Shown: positions 1-9,694, counted from the stretch's first letter. The stretch: 64,000 bases of DNA from Promethearchaeia archaeon (GCA_029856155.1 JAHQWL010000001.1:1-64000), one strand, 5' to 3'. The notes: a model not told the origin generated them from the sequence alone. Made by a program: numbers and translations.

Positions 1-2
1 AA

Positions 3-488
3 TTTGTACAATCTAAAACTGGATATGGCCAACCAGTAGAAGTTGGAAATATTATGCCTTTAAAAAAGATACCTTTGGGGACATTGGTATTTAACGTCGA
101 GGCCACTCCACAGGACGGAGGCAAATTCGCACGAGCTTCAGGCGTTGCTGCAATTGTGAGAAACAGATCTGGCAATAAGGTCGAACTACTTTTTCGATCC
201 AAAAAAACGAAATGGATAAACGAGAAATGTTTAGCTACCATAGGTGTTGTTGCCGGTGGGGGAAGAACTGATAAGCCTTTCCTTAAAGCCGGAAATAAAT
301 TCCATTACGTGAAATCTAAAGCGAAAAAGTGGCCTGTGGTTAGAGGGGTCGCTATGGTTGCAGCAAGTCATCCCTACGGAGGAGGCGCTAAACAATCTCC
401 TCACAAATCTACAACAACTAGCAGAAATGCTCCCCCAGGTAGAAAAGTTGGTCAGATTGCGGCAAGAAGAACAGGACATCAAAACTAA
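3..488 (+). CDS. rpl2: 50S ribosomal protein uL2, C-terminal part (5' truncated by window edge)
   Basis: Motifs GGKFARASG, GGGRTDKPFLKAG, WPVVRGVAM..HPYGGG, APPGRKVG.IAARRTG; frame is open back to the window start. Confidence 0.96.
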   Translation, partial: FVQSKTGYGQPVEVGNIMPLKKIPLGTLVFNVEATPQDGGKFARASGVAAIVRNRSGNKVELLFRSKKTKWINEKCLATIGVVAGGGRTDKPFLKAGNKFHYVKSKAKKWPVVRGVAMVAASHPYGGGAKQSPHKSTTTSRNAPPGRKVGQIAARRTGHQN

Positions 489-516
489 ATTCATAAAATT
501 AATCTGGTTAAAAAAC

Positions 517-1809
517 TTAGTCCCAATGGTAATAAACAAACATAAACCAATTATATCTTTCTTCTGATACTTGATTTTTTAAATCTTTAAGGTTTACTGG
601 GAATTTGTAATCTTTCCCAAATAAATTTGAATTTACATAAATTCTATTATCCCTTATATCAATTTTAATATCTGCAATATAATTCCTTAGCTTATAATCA
701 GAAAAAAAATAATCATAGTTTTTAGTCAAATCAATGAGGATTTGAAGGAATGTCGTCAACCGTTGAAGAGCATTAATTGACCATGAATCATATTCATTCA
801 AGATAAAATCTAAAAGATCTGAAAATCTTCTTTGTAATTGTTGAAAAAGTTCCATTTCTGGTTTATCTCTAAATATATTGAGAAAATTTAATATAACTAA
901 GAACTCATTTATCAAAGGGTAAACATTAGATTCATTTTTCATTCTATTATAAATCTTGACAAAATCCTCCTCACTACTTAATTGAAAAAAGTCTGAATAG
1001 TTTCGAACTAGCTCTAGGATATCTCTAACTAACTCACCTTCTTCAATTTTTCCACTTATTTTTTTTTCAACATGATTTTGAGATTTTTTTAATTCTTCAC
1101 TTGAAATGATATTTCCGAATAAACTTAATTGCTTTAAATTTTTAGGAGGTTTTTTTTCTAATTTTAGACTTTCTGCTTTTTCTTCCAACCTTCTTCTTAG
1201 AATTGATTTTTCATAGAGTAAAGAATGCGATCGTAGATAAGGATATTTATTACTAATTTGAGTTTTTATAGGAGATATGATTTCTAGAGGTTTAAGAAGT
1301 TCATTTAGCTCTTTAAACAACCAATCAAAATATTCAAATTCATTTTGAATCCGAATTTCCCTATTTTCTGTAATTTCTAAAGTAGGGATTAACATACGAT
1401 AACATTCTTCTTTACTCCTCTCTCCAACGGGGGTATCTTTAATCATGCTAAATGAATCGCCAATATAGTGATAAAGTTTTTCGAGATCTTTAAAAAATGA
1501 GTAAAATAAATTTATGAGATATCCTGATTTACTATTAAAATCTTTTTTAAATATCAATTCTAAATAAACCTTGACAAATTCCTCACTTAAAATGTTTTCA
1601 AGCAAAAAATTATCATGTATCAAACTACTTAGAAGAGATGATAATTGTTGTGTTAATAATAATAATTTATTTAACTCACTCTTTTTAATGGCTTGTTCTA
1701 ATATCTTTCTCATATCTTGTGTAAGATATGAGTATCTAGGGTCCAATCCAAACAAGTAATTAAATGATATTAAAATGTCTTCTTTCTCTAAATTAACTTC
1801 GAATCTCAT
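517..1809 (-). CDS. hypothetical protein (430 aa, predicted helical)
   Basis: Long ORF in AT-rich DNA; no family motif recognised. Confidence 0.7.
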   Translation of the reverse strand: MRFEVNLEKEDILISFNYLFGLDPRYSYLTQDMRKILEQAIKKSELNKLLLLTQQLSSLLSSLIHDNFLLENILSEEFVKVYLELIFKKDFNSKSGYLINLFYSFFKDLEKLYHYIGDSFSMIKDTPVGERSKEECYRMLIPTLEITENREIRIQNEFEYFDWLFKELNELLKPLEIISPIKTQISNKYPYLRSHSLLYEKSILRRRLEEKAESLKLEKKPPKNLKQLSLFGNIISSEELKKSQNHVEKKISGKIEEGELVRDILELVRNYSDFFQLSSEEDFVKIYNRMKNESNVYPLINEFLVILNFLNIFRDKPEMELFQQLQRRFSDLLDFILNEYDSWSINALQRLTTFLQILIDLTKNYDYFFSDYKLRNYIADIKIDIRDNRIYVNSNLFGKDYKFPVNLKDLKNQVSEERYNWFMFVYYHWD

Positions 1810-1945
1810 AACCTAGATTTTCTCTTCATATTAGGTAATTATAGATTATAATATTTTTATCTCTTATATATAATTTCATGCCTCCTCCATATGGGTGTGA
1901 GGAATTTTAATAAGGATTTTAAAACCATTATTTTAATAAAAAGAA

Positions 1946-1976
1946 GTTAAGAGATTGAGCCCCCTCAATCCTTAAC
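1946..1976 (-). terminator. stem-loop followed by T-tract downstream of tfb
   Basis: Minus strand reads GTTAAG-GATTGAG-GGGG-CTCAATC-T-CTTAAC then TTCTTTTT, about 30 nt after the tfb stop. Confidence 0.55.
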
Positions 1977-2008
1977 ATTAAAAAAAAAATGGAAAAGAAA
2001 AATTTAGC

Positions 2009-2905
2009 TTAATTAAGATTTACATTAAAATTAAAGGTAATATTTTGTAAAAATTCCTTGTACCTAGAGCGAAGAGTTACCTCTGTGACCCCAATTACTC
2101 TTGAAATGTCTTTTTGACTTATTTTGTGATTTTTTAGCTTTGATACTAAATATATCGATCCCGCGCATAGTCCTTTTGGATCTTTGCCACATATGGATGT
2201 GTTTTCAATGAAATTCTTTAAAATTTTTATCGCTTCCTTCTCAACATTAATGTCCAAACCTAAATCCGCACAATAGCGTGGTATAAGGGATACAGGATCA
2301 ATATGAGGTGATTTTAAGTTCAATTCTCTAACTAAGATCTTATAGCATTTTTTCACGATATTATCGTTTATCGATGCTTCTTCTAATATTTCTTGAAGAG
2401 TTATCGGAACTCTCTCTTGTTTACATACATAATATGCACATGCTGCAATCATACCATTTATAGATCTGCCCCTTAAGAGATTTTTTTTAAATACTTCTTT
2501 ATAAAGACGAACAGCTGATTTCTTTACCCTCTCCGGAAAATTTAAATTGCCCCCGATTCTTTTTAATTCAGTTATAGCAATAAGCATATTTCGCTTTTCC
2601 CATGATAAATGAGTATTCCATTTTGCTGCTCTTCTTAAATCAGGATTTTTAATTTTTGTCCTATCAATAATTGTACTTAAGCCTATATCAGGCATCAAAA
2701 TTGAAATTGGACAACCTGTTCTTTCTTTTTTATCTTTCTCTTGCTTTGAATAAGCCCTTATACCACTGTGACTTACATCAACTGCCTTTTCGGAAATAAC
2801 CAAACCACAGTGCTGACAGACAATCTCCCCTCTTTGATGACTATCAATTGTGGAACCGCCACATTCGGGACAAAAACCTGTTTGCGTTGATACTTCTACA
2901 ACCAT
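2009..2905 (-). CDS. tfb: transcription initiation factor IIB (TFB) paralog
   Basis: N-terminal Zn ribbon CPECG..CQHCG; cyclin repeats with LLRGRS and SQKDISRVIGVTEVTLRSRYKE. Confidence 0.95.
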   Translation of the reverse strand: MVVEVSTQTGFCPECGGSTIDSHQRGEIVCQHCGLVISEKAVDVSHSGIRAYSKQEKDKKERTGCPISILMPDIGLSTIIDRTKIKNPDLRRAAKWNTHLSWEKRNMLIAITELKRIGGNLNFPERVKKSAVRLYKEVFKKNLLRGRSINGMIAACAYYVCKQERVPITLQEILEEASINDNIVKKCYKILVRELNLKSPHIDPVSLIPRYCADLGLDINVEKEAIKILKNFIENTSICGKDPKGLCAGSIYLVSKLKNHKISQKDISRVIGVTEVTLRSRYKEFLQNITFNFNVNLN

Positions 2906-2936
2906 GAATCATAACCCTTATAAAAAATGACTAATA

Positions 2937-3251
2937 TTTGTGTTATTAGAAGTTTTTTACACACAATTTTTGTAACAATAGTTTATTTGTTGTAAAAAAC
3001 ATTTTTTTTTTGTTATAATAATAGATGACATTTGCATATTTAAATCTTTTCGTTGTAAAATTTTCTTTATAAATGCGTACCTTTTGTATAAAAAGGTGTT
3101 TAAGTAATGCACACAAAAAACTTTGTTAGTAAAAAGTATTAATTAATTATTATAAAGTATGTATAATATTCAGATTATATTTCTTTTGTTATAATAGATA
3201 CAAAACTCGTTTTTGGTTTTTTAATATTAATCTTTAAAATATTACACACAA
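2937..3251. promoter_or_regulatory. divergent promoter region with short ACACAA/TTGTT(A/G)TAA repeats and a palindrome
   Basis: TACACACAA (~2958, ~3243), GCACACAA (~3109), TTGTTATAATA (~3010, ~3186), GTTGTAAAA (~2989, ~3052); inverted repeat ACCTTTT-GTATA-AAAAGGT at 3079-3097. Confidence 0.4.
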
Positions 3252-3412
3252 ATAGATCTTGACTCGAACTAAAAAAAAATAAAAAAACGTTAAATAATAG
3301 TTCTTTTATTATGGTTTCAAGCCAAAATTAGTTTGAAATTAGTGGTACAAAAATTAACGACCTTAAGAAAAACGAGGAGCAAGACAACAAAGATAATGAT
3401 GATGAGTTAAAT

Positions 3413-4285
3413 ATGAGTAACAATAATAATTCTATTGATAAAACTGATGAGATGAAAAAATATGAAAAGGAAACTGGTAGATATGCTATTTGGCGCGGAA
3501 ATGTTACTGAAGGATTTAAAAAGTGGCAAAAAGGAGAAAAAGTGTATCAAAGAGATAAAGAAAGAATATCTCTATACGTATCTGACGATACTAAAAATAA
3601 GTGGAAGGCATATATTGAAAGTAATGGCGAATTAACAATTTCTAAGTTAATTAGAGAAGCAGTGGCAGCATTCATTGAAAGTAAATCAAATAGTCCAAGT
3701 CATAAATTATCAAAATTAAATCCTCAAACAATTTCAAATATTTCCCATACATTAAAAGAACCATTAACTTCAATCAAAGGGTATTCACAGTTATTACTTG
3801 AAAATTATAGGGAGAAATTGAATGATCAGGTTTTAGAAACTGTAAAAAATATCTTCGAGCAGAGTATTCTTCTTGAAAAAAAAATTATAAATATTCTCGA
3901 CAATATAAAAGTTGAATCAAAATATGATGTTCTATTGGTTGAAGATGATCTCGCGACCATTCGATTAATAACAAGTTACTTCGACAGTAAAGGGTTTAAA
4001 TGTAAAGGTGTTGTTAGCGGTTCAAAAGGGTTAGAGGAATTAGGAAATACAATTCCTAAAATGATATTGTTGGATATTATTTTACCTGATTTAAGTGGAT
4101 ATGATATATGTAAAACTATAAAATCAGATAAGGAGTGGGCGAATATTCCAGTATTTTTCTTAACTGCAATATCGGGATCGGAAGTCGAAAAGAATTTAGA
4201 CGATACAAAAGCCGATGGTTATATTTTAAAGCCATTTAATTTTTCTGATTTCGAAATAATTTTCGATATTTTGAAGAAAAACTAA
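3413..4285 (+). CDS. RHH + HisKA(DHp)-like + receiver-domain response regulator
   Basis: RISLYVS..TISKLIREAV (ribbon-helix-helix); ISHTLKEPLTSIKGYSQLL (H-box); LLVEDD, LLDIILPD, LTA, YILKPF (receiver); no HATPase domain. Confidence 0.85.
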   Translation: MSNNNNSIDKTDEMKKYEKETGRYAIWRGNVTEGFKKWQKGEKVYQRDKERISLYVSDDTKNKWKAYIESNGELTISKLIREAVAAFIESKSNSPSHKLSKLNPQTISNISHTLKEPLTSIKGYSQLLLENYREKLNDQVLETVKNIFEQSILLEKKIINILDNIKVESKYDVLLVEDDLATIRLITSYFDSKGFKCKGVVSGSKGLEELGNTIPKMILLDIILPDLSGYDICKTIKSDKEWANIPVFFLTAISGSEVEKNLDDTKADGYILKPFNFSDFEIIFDILKKN

Positions 4286-4637
4286 ATCTATAACTTAATT
4301 TTTTAGATCACTTTTTTATTTAAAAATTAATTTAGTAAAATTTCAAATATTTGGGCATAATCTTGATAATACAATAATTTTATAATAAAAAACATTTATA
4401 AATGGATAAAAAACTAAACATTATTGTAAATAATAGAAATTTTTTGAGAGTTTTTTATTAAAAAAGATGGTGGAATAAATTTTAGAAGGTTCAGTTCTCA
4501 ATTTTAATATAATTTTTTATAACGAGAATGCTCCAGATATCTAAATTTTTACAAAATAATAAGTATTAGATAAAAAAAGAGGGATTAAAATTTCTAATAA
4601 AAATAAGAATAACGAAAATGAAGAGAATCAAAAGGAA

Positions 4638-5555
4638 ATGGCCGATGAATCTGAAAAAAGAAGTATGACTGATGAAGAGATCGCTAAGCTCGATTTGAAT
4701 AGTAAAAAAATAAAAGAATTAATGAAGGAATATGAAAGCGAAACGGATAAATATGCAAAATGGCGTGGTTCTATTACTGAAGGATTTAAAAAGTGGTTAA
4801 AAGGTGAAAAAATCTATGATAGAGACAAAGAAAGAATCTCTTTATATGTATCTGAAGATACAAAGCACCAATGGCAGGAATTTAAAGATTCACATGATTA
4901 TTCGACAATTTCTGCTCTGATTCGGGATAGTGTTGATTACTATATTGAACAAAAATCGGATACAATAGGTGAGAGTCTCCGTAGAATGGATGAGAAGACT
5001 ATTTCTAACATTTCTCACGCATTGAAAGAACCTCTCACTTCTATAAAAGGCTTTAGCCAACTACTTCTGGAAAATTATAATGAAGAGTTGAATGAAGAAG
5101 TTCTCGTGACAATAAAAAATATCTTTGATCAGAGTTTACTCCTTGAAAATAAAATTATTAACATCTTAGATAATATTGCTACTGAAGAACCTCACCCTCA
5201 GTATGATATTCTCTTGATTGAGGATGATTTAGCAACAATCCGCTTACTTACTAGCTATTTTGAAAGTAAGGGTTATAAGTGTAAGGGAGTAGTAAGCGGA
5301 ACAAAGGGTTTAGAGGAATTAAGAGGAGGTATTCCTAAGCTTATCCTATTAGACATCATCTTACCAGATATTTCAGGCTATGAAATTTGTAAAATGATTA
5401 AAGATCATAAAGTATACCGTGAAATTCCTATATACTTGTTAACTGCGATACCGGGAAGTGAAGTAGAAAAAAAAATGGATGAAACTAAAGCAGATGGTTA
5501 CATATTAAAACCATTTGATTTTTCAGATTTTGAGATAATTTTCCAATATTTATAA
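4638..5555 (+). CDS. RHH + HisKA(DHp)-like + receiver-domain response regulator (tandem paralog)
   Basis: Same architecture as 3413..4285 and clearly similar (RDKERISLYVS, ISHALKEPLTSIKG, EDDLATIRL, LLDIILPD, KADGYILKPF). Confidence 0.85.
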   Translation: MADESEKRSMTDEEIAKLDLNSKKIKELMKEYESETDKYAKWRGSITEGFKKWLKGEKIYDRDKERISLYVSEDTKHQWQEFKDSHDYSTISALIRDSVDYYIEQKSDTIGESLRRMDEKTISNISHALKEPLTSIKGFSQLLLENYNEELNEEVLVTIKNIFDQSLLLENKIINILDNIATEEPHPQYDILLIEDDLATIRLLTSYFESKGYKCKGVVSGTKGLEELRGGIPKLILLDIILPDISGYEICKMIKDHKVYREIPIYLLTAIPGSEVEKKMDETKADGYILKPFDFSDFEIIFQYL

Positions 5556-5604
5556 ATGCTTTTTGATCAATAATAGTAGGTTTTTAATAATCTTTGAAAA
5601 AAAA

Positions 5605-5678
5605 CGGGCTATGAGGGATTTGAACCCCCGACCTGCCGGTTAAGAGCCGGTTGCGCTACCTGCCTGCGCCAATAGCCC
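5605..5678 (-). tRNA. tRNA-Lys(CTT)
   Basis: Reverse complement GGGCTAT...ACCGG-CT-CTT-AA-CCGGC...GGTTCAAATCC...ATAGCCCG forms a cloverleaf. Confidence 0.93.
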
Positions 5679-5717
5679 ATTCAATTAACCTTACCCTAGT
5701 GATTGAGACCTTTAAGA

Positions 5718-5819
5718 CGCAGATGGAGGGACTCGAACCCCCGAGCGCTCACGCGCACCGGCTCACTTGATTATTAATCATTCTCAAGGCCGGCGTCTTA
5801 CCAGCTAGGCTACATCTGC
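5718..5819 (-). tRNA. tRNA-Ser(TGA) with 19-nt intron at position 37/38 (intron 5764-5782)
   Basis: GCAGATG/CATCTGC acceptor stem; CCGGC-CT-TGA-G[AATGATTAATAATCAAGTG]A-GCCGG; long variable arm; BHB helix CTTG/CAAG with bulges AGA and TGA. Confidence 0.92.
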
Positions 5820-5988
5820 AAATTTTAGATATTATGTAAAATATTAATATTAAATAATTATTGGCTATTAATTTAGAGAATATGCTATAAAATAAATTTT
5901 TTTGCATTTTTTATTGCCTTTCTTATTATTTTCAACTTGTATATAGAGAAAACTATAAATTTTATGTTATATTTTAGATGGTGTAGAA

Positions 5989-6477
5989 ATGAGCGGAGCA
6001 AAGGATTTTCGTTATTTAATACCAGAAAGTTTGTTCAAGGAGATTACCCAAAAAGCCGCAGAAGAATATCCGCAGATAATACACGGTTGGTTATTTGCTG
6101 ACAGAAAAGAAAATTTCGGGATCTGTACAAAGTTTATAATGAATCCAGATCTACGTAAAAGCAAAGTTCATGTTAAACCAAGAAGCTGGATGCGGTATAA
6201 AAAATCAAAAATCTATAATATGCGTAAATTTAAAGCCGAAGTGGGAGTGGATATAGTTTGGATGTGGCATAGCCACCCTTCTGGAAATGAAAAGCTCCAT
6301 ACTATTGATAAGAGAATCCTGAAATATTTATCAAATGGTGTTATGATAATTGTAGTTCCTCCAGTACCTAATAAAACCCCGGAACAAAAAGCCCATCTTG
6401 TGGGATGGTATTATGATAAAAGATATACAAAAAAACCAATTATCGAAAAAATGCTTTTCGAGATAATATCTGAATAA
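5989..6477 (+). CDS. JAB/MPN (Mov34) domain protein, possibly catalytically degenerate
   Basis: WHSHPSG...ID JAMM-like motif; N-terminal YPQIIHG lacks the usual catalytic Glu. Confidence 0.75.
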   Translation: MSGAKDFRYLIPESLFKEITQKAAEEYPQIIHGWLFADRKENFGICTKFIMNPDLRKSKVHVKPRSWMRYKKSKIYNMRKFKAEVGVDIVWMWHSHPSGNEKLHTIDKRILKYLSNGVMIIVVPPVPNKTPEQKAHLVGWYYDKRYTKKPIIEKMLFEIISE

Positions 6478-6624
6478 ATTGTATTTATTCTTCTTTTTCT
6501 CCTATTATTTGGATTTTTTAAAATATAATAGTTAATTCAAGTAAAATTTATTATAACTCTAGAAATTTGGTAGATATTAGTTTATTTTCTAACGAAAAAA
6601 TTTATAGAAATTAGGTTCAAAAAT

Positions 6625-7794
6625 ATGAAAGAAGATAATTTATTAAATCAAGAATTAGATGTAGTGGAAATAAACAATCACCACTATTTTCAAGTAGATC
6701 TTTTGAAAGCTGTGATGATTTTATTAGTTATATTTGATCACACATATCCTTGGGATTTAAAAGATTTCCTGGGTGTTGCTTTATGGGAAAGAATCTCAAT
6801 CCCTATGTTTTTGATAATTATGGGTTTTAATATGGGGCTTTCGTTTAAACAAACTGGTGAAACTTCATTAAAAAACCTATATTCATGGAACTATTTCAAA
6901 AAGAAATTTTGGCGTTATATCTTTCCATTTTTTGTATTATATCTATTTTCAACTTTAATAGGATTAGCTATTAACGGTTTCGATCTTGATGCTCTTAATC
7001 AATATCAATATAGGTTTGATTTTGCACATCTTTTTATCGGAATCATGCCTTTCTACGGTCCAGGAAATTGGTTTTTACCCGTTATTTTTTGGTCGATATT
7101 GATAATGCCTTTAATATACAAGGGATTTTCAGGAAAATTAAAGTGGAGAATTACAACTTTAATCCTATGTTATGCTGTAGAATTATCAATTCATCTGGCA
7201 GTCTTGTTTATTCTTATTCCTAATGTTACATCTGCACCTGAATTTTATTTTTATTATAGTTTTATCTCTACTACACCCTTCTTCATGTTATCTGCTATTG
7301 GATTAGGAATGTGGTTTTCTAGGAATCCTGATATCTTTGCAAAACAAAATCTGTTCATGTGGATTCTATTTCCTTTAAGTTTTGTCTATCTTATCGCGTA
7401 TCAGTTCTTTAGGGTCGATCTTATCTTCATGTTTGGTGATTACCACTTATTTGTTTTTCCCTATTCTGCGTTCTTAATCTTAATTGTATTAAAGTTATTT
7501 CCAAAAGAAGTAAACAATAAGAATTTATTCTTTAAGGGAATCAGAATAATTAGTAAATCGACATATCATATTCTATTGACACAGATATTATACTTCGCAA
7601 TTACTATAAGTTTATGGGGAGATCATTATGGTGCAAGCATTGTTGGAATTAACTCTGGATATGAACCTCTTACAGTTTTTCTATATCTCTTAGTAAATTG
7701 GGTGATATGCATTCCTCTCGGTGCCTTATGGTACTATGGTGAATCTAAATTACGAGATTATCGATTAAGGAGGAGAAGATCCGATATCAAATAA
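6625..7794 (+). CDS. acyltransferase 3 family membrane protein (OafA-like)
   Basis: VDLLKAVMILLVIFDH, IPMFLIIMG, GNWFL, SKSTYHILLTQ; multiple TM helices. Confidence 0.82.
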   Translation: MKEDNLLNQELDVVEINNHHYFQVDLLKAVMILLVIFDHTYPWDLKDFLGVALWERISIPMFLIIMGFNMGLSFKQTGETSLKNLYSWNYFKKKFWRYIFPFFVLYLFSTLIGLAINGFDLDALNQYQYRFDFAHLFIGIMPFYGPGNWFLPVIFWSILIMPLIYKGFSGKLKWRITTLILCYAVELSIHLAVLFILIPNVTSAPEFYFYYSFISTTPFFMLSAIGLGMWFSRNPDIFAKQNLFMWILFPLSFVYLIAYQFFRVDLIFMFGDYHLFVFPYSAFLILIVLKLFPKEVNNKNLFFKGIRIISKSTYHILLTQILYFAITISLWGDHYGASIVGINSGYEPLTVFLYLLVNWVICIPLGALWYYGESKLRDYRLRRRRSDIK

Positions 7795-7936
7795 TTATCA
7801 AAAAAGAAATTGAAAACTTAAAACTAAAATTTTTTATATTTTTCTTTATTGTTTAAAAGCCTATATTTTATAATAAAATATTAAAATTTTAAATCGTTAT
7901 ATTGAAAATGTAGTATTTAAAATCTTAATTAAATCA

Positions 7937-8019
7937 GCAATCGTCGCTTAGCCTGGTAGAGCGCCGGTCTGCTAAACCGGTGTCCAACGGACTCGTGGGT
8001 TCGAATCCCACCGATTGCG
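7937..8019 (+). tRNA. tRNA-Ser(GCT)
   Basis: GCAATCG/CGATTGC acceptor stem; CCGGT-CT-GCT-AA-ACCGG; long variable arm; GGTTCGAATCC. Confidence 0.94.
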
Positions 8020-8028
8020 CTCAATCAA

Positions 8029-8105
8029 GGGCCAGTGGTCTAGACTGGTATGACGTCTCGCTTACACCGAGAAAATCGGGAGTTCAAGTCTCTCCTGGCC
8101 CACCA
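8029..8105 (+). tRNA. tRNA-Val(TAC), CCA encoded
   Basis: GGGCCAG/CTGGCCC acceptor stem; TCTCG-CT-TAC-AC-CGAGA; ends ACCA. Confidence 0.94.
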
Positions 8106-8106
8106 T

Positions 8107-8901
8107 TTACTTATCTGTTTCAAATAGTTTTTTAATTTTTTTCGGACGTAAAGCACTTAATTTACAATTTTTAAGTTTGTTACCTATATGTGCAATTATT
8201 CCAGGGGCATCAGATCCCTCTTTTAATAAGACTAGATTTTCTAAAAATCCGAATCTTTTGACAGTAATAATATCCCTGAAGTGCCCTTTTTGAGTTAGGA
8301 TTTTTTTGAATTGACCCTTAGTTTCTCCACTTAAAAACACACCTTCAATATTCTCCTCTAAAATTTTTTTAAAGAAATTTAAAGTTCTTGGTGTTAACTC
8401 ACCTAAAAGTTTATTTTTGATTGAATCTATTTCAGTTATTTTAATATATACTGGAAAATGATCGATAAAATTATAAGCGTCAATAATTTCTGTTAATGAT
8501 CTTTCTTTTCCTTTACATAATTGTTTTCTTAGAGTGTGTAGATTTATAAGTACATCCATACTTGGATTCATAATAGCACAATCAACAAATAATCCGAATC
8601 CAACTTTTCCTACATCCACAAGAGAGCCTTTGTATTCCCTATCAACTTTAATATCATTAAATTCATTAATAGATCCTATATCTTTTTTTAGGATGTTAAA
8701 AACAAATTGTTCTTCGGGACCCGAGATGATTATCTCAAACCTTTTGTCAAATTTTCTTAATTTTTTTATATTAATCGAAGTATCAGGAAAACCCTTGATG
8801 TGCTCTTTTAAATATTTAAAATATCGAAGGTAAATATCTTCTTTTTGTCCTCTATTTGCTACATTATAAATCTTGTCGCATAAAACTAAATTTTGCACCA
8901 T
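8107..8901 (-). CDS. DUF2110 family conserved archaeal protein
   Basis: GSLVDVGKVGFGLFVD, FIDHFP, GHFRDI, DAPGII; usual neighbour of the proteasome/exosome locus. Confidence 0.75.
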   Translation of the reverse strand: MVQNLVLCDKIYNVANRGQKEDIYLRYFKYLKEHIKGFPDTSINIKKLRKFDKRFEIIISGPEEQFVFNILKKDIGSINEFNDIKVDREYKGSLVDVGKVGFGLFVDCAIMNPSMDVLINLHTLRKQLCKGKERSLTEIIDAYNFIDHFPVYIKITEIDSIKNKLLGELTPRTLNFFKKILEENIEGVFLSGETKGQFKKILTQKGHFRDIITVKRFGFLENLVLLKEGSDAPGIIAHIGNKLKNCKLSALRPKKIKKLFETDK

Positions 8902-9075
8902 ATAAAAACACTTAAGTGTTAGTATCTATCAAAATTTAAGTACTTTAACATCATTAAATTTGTTTTTTTTCTCAAATTTTAAAATGGAGAATCTATTATT
9001 CTAAAAAGATTTAAATTTCAAAATTTTTATCTTTCTATAAAAATAAAAACAGATTGATACATAAGATGGAGAATT

Positions 9076-9447
9076 ATGGAAGAACAAAGATTTAATCATC
9101 TAGTTAACGCACTAAATGAATTTGAAGGAGTAGAAGAAGTTTTTCTATTAAATAATGAGGGAAATATCGTTTTCAAATCCGAAGATTTTCCTCTAACGAA
9201 TGAAGAAGCTAAAGGGATACTAAATGCTTGGAAAACAAAAGAAGCTGCTCTTATATTTCAGAATTATCGATTTGCAATTTTAAAGAATGATGAAATACAA
9301 TTAGCTGCAAAAAATATTGGTGCTGGGAAAGGCAATATTATTGGGTCAATTACAAAGGAAGGAGATTATCTTGTTGCTCATACCAGAGATGAAGGTATGA
9401 TATTATTGGAATGGTCAATATTTATAAATAAAGTTGCATGGTCATAA
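9076..9447 (+). CDS. Asgard profilin-like protein
   Basis: 123 aa; pattern VFLLNNEGNIVFKSEDF..LNAW..LIFQNYRFAIL..LAAKN..GKGNIIG matches the Asgard profilin layout (recognised by eye). Confidence 0.72.
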   Translation: MEEQRFNHLVNALNEFEGVEEVFLLNNEGNIVFKSEDFPLTNEEAKGILNAWKTKEAALIFQNYRFAILKNDEIQLAAKNIGAGKGNIIGSITKEGDYLVAHTRDEGMILLEWSIFINKVAWS

Positions 9448-9694
9448 AAGAGTCATAAACAGAGAAGATTGAAATACACCAGTTCTATTTTAATTTTTAT
9501 ACTCTCTTTTTAAAATATTTAAAAAAAATATAAATTCACTCATTTATTAATTCTTTTTAAGATATTAAAAAAAAAATAACCTATAAAAGAAATAGTATAA
9601 ATAAGAAAAATTAAAATCTTAATTTTAGTTGATTTAACTAAAAAATAAAGGATTTTAATATTTTTAAAATAAATAAAAAGGAGGATGATTAAAT

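Noticed and set aside
1110-1135. QLSLF clamp-binding-like motif in the 430-aa hypothetical protein
   Set aside because: It lacks the aromatic pair of an archaeal PIP box and is too short to support alone.
1946-1976. SECIS element
   Set aside because: No AUGA/GA kink-turn core, and tfb has no in-frame TGA; it looks like a terminator-type hairpin.
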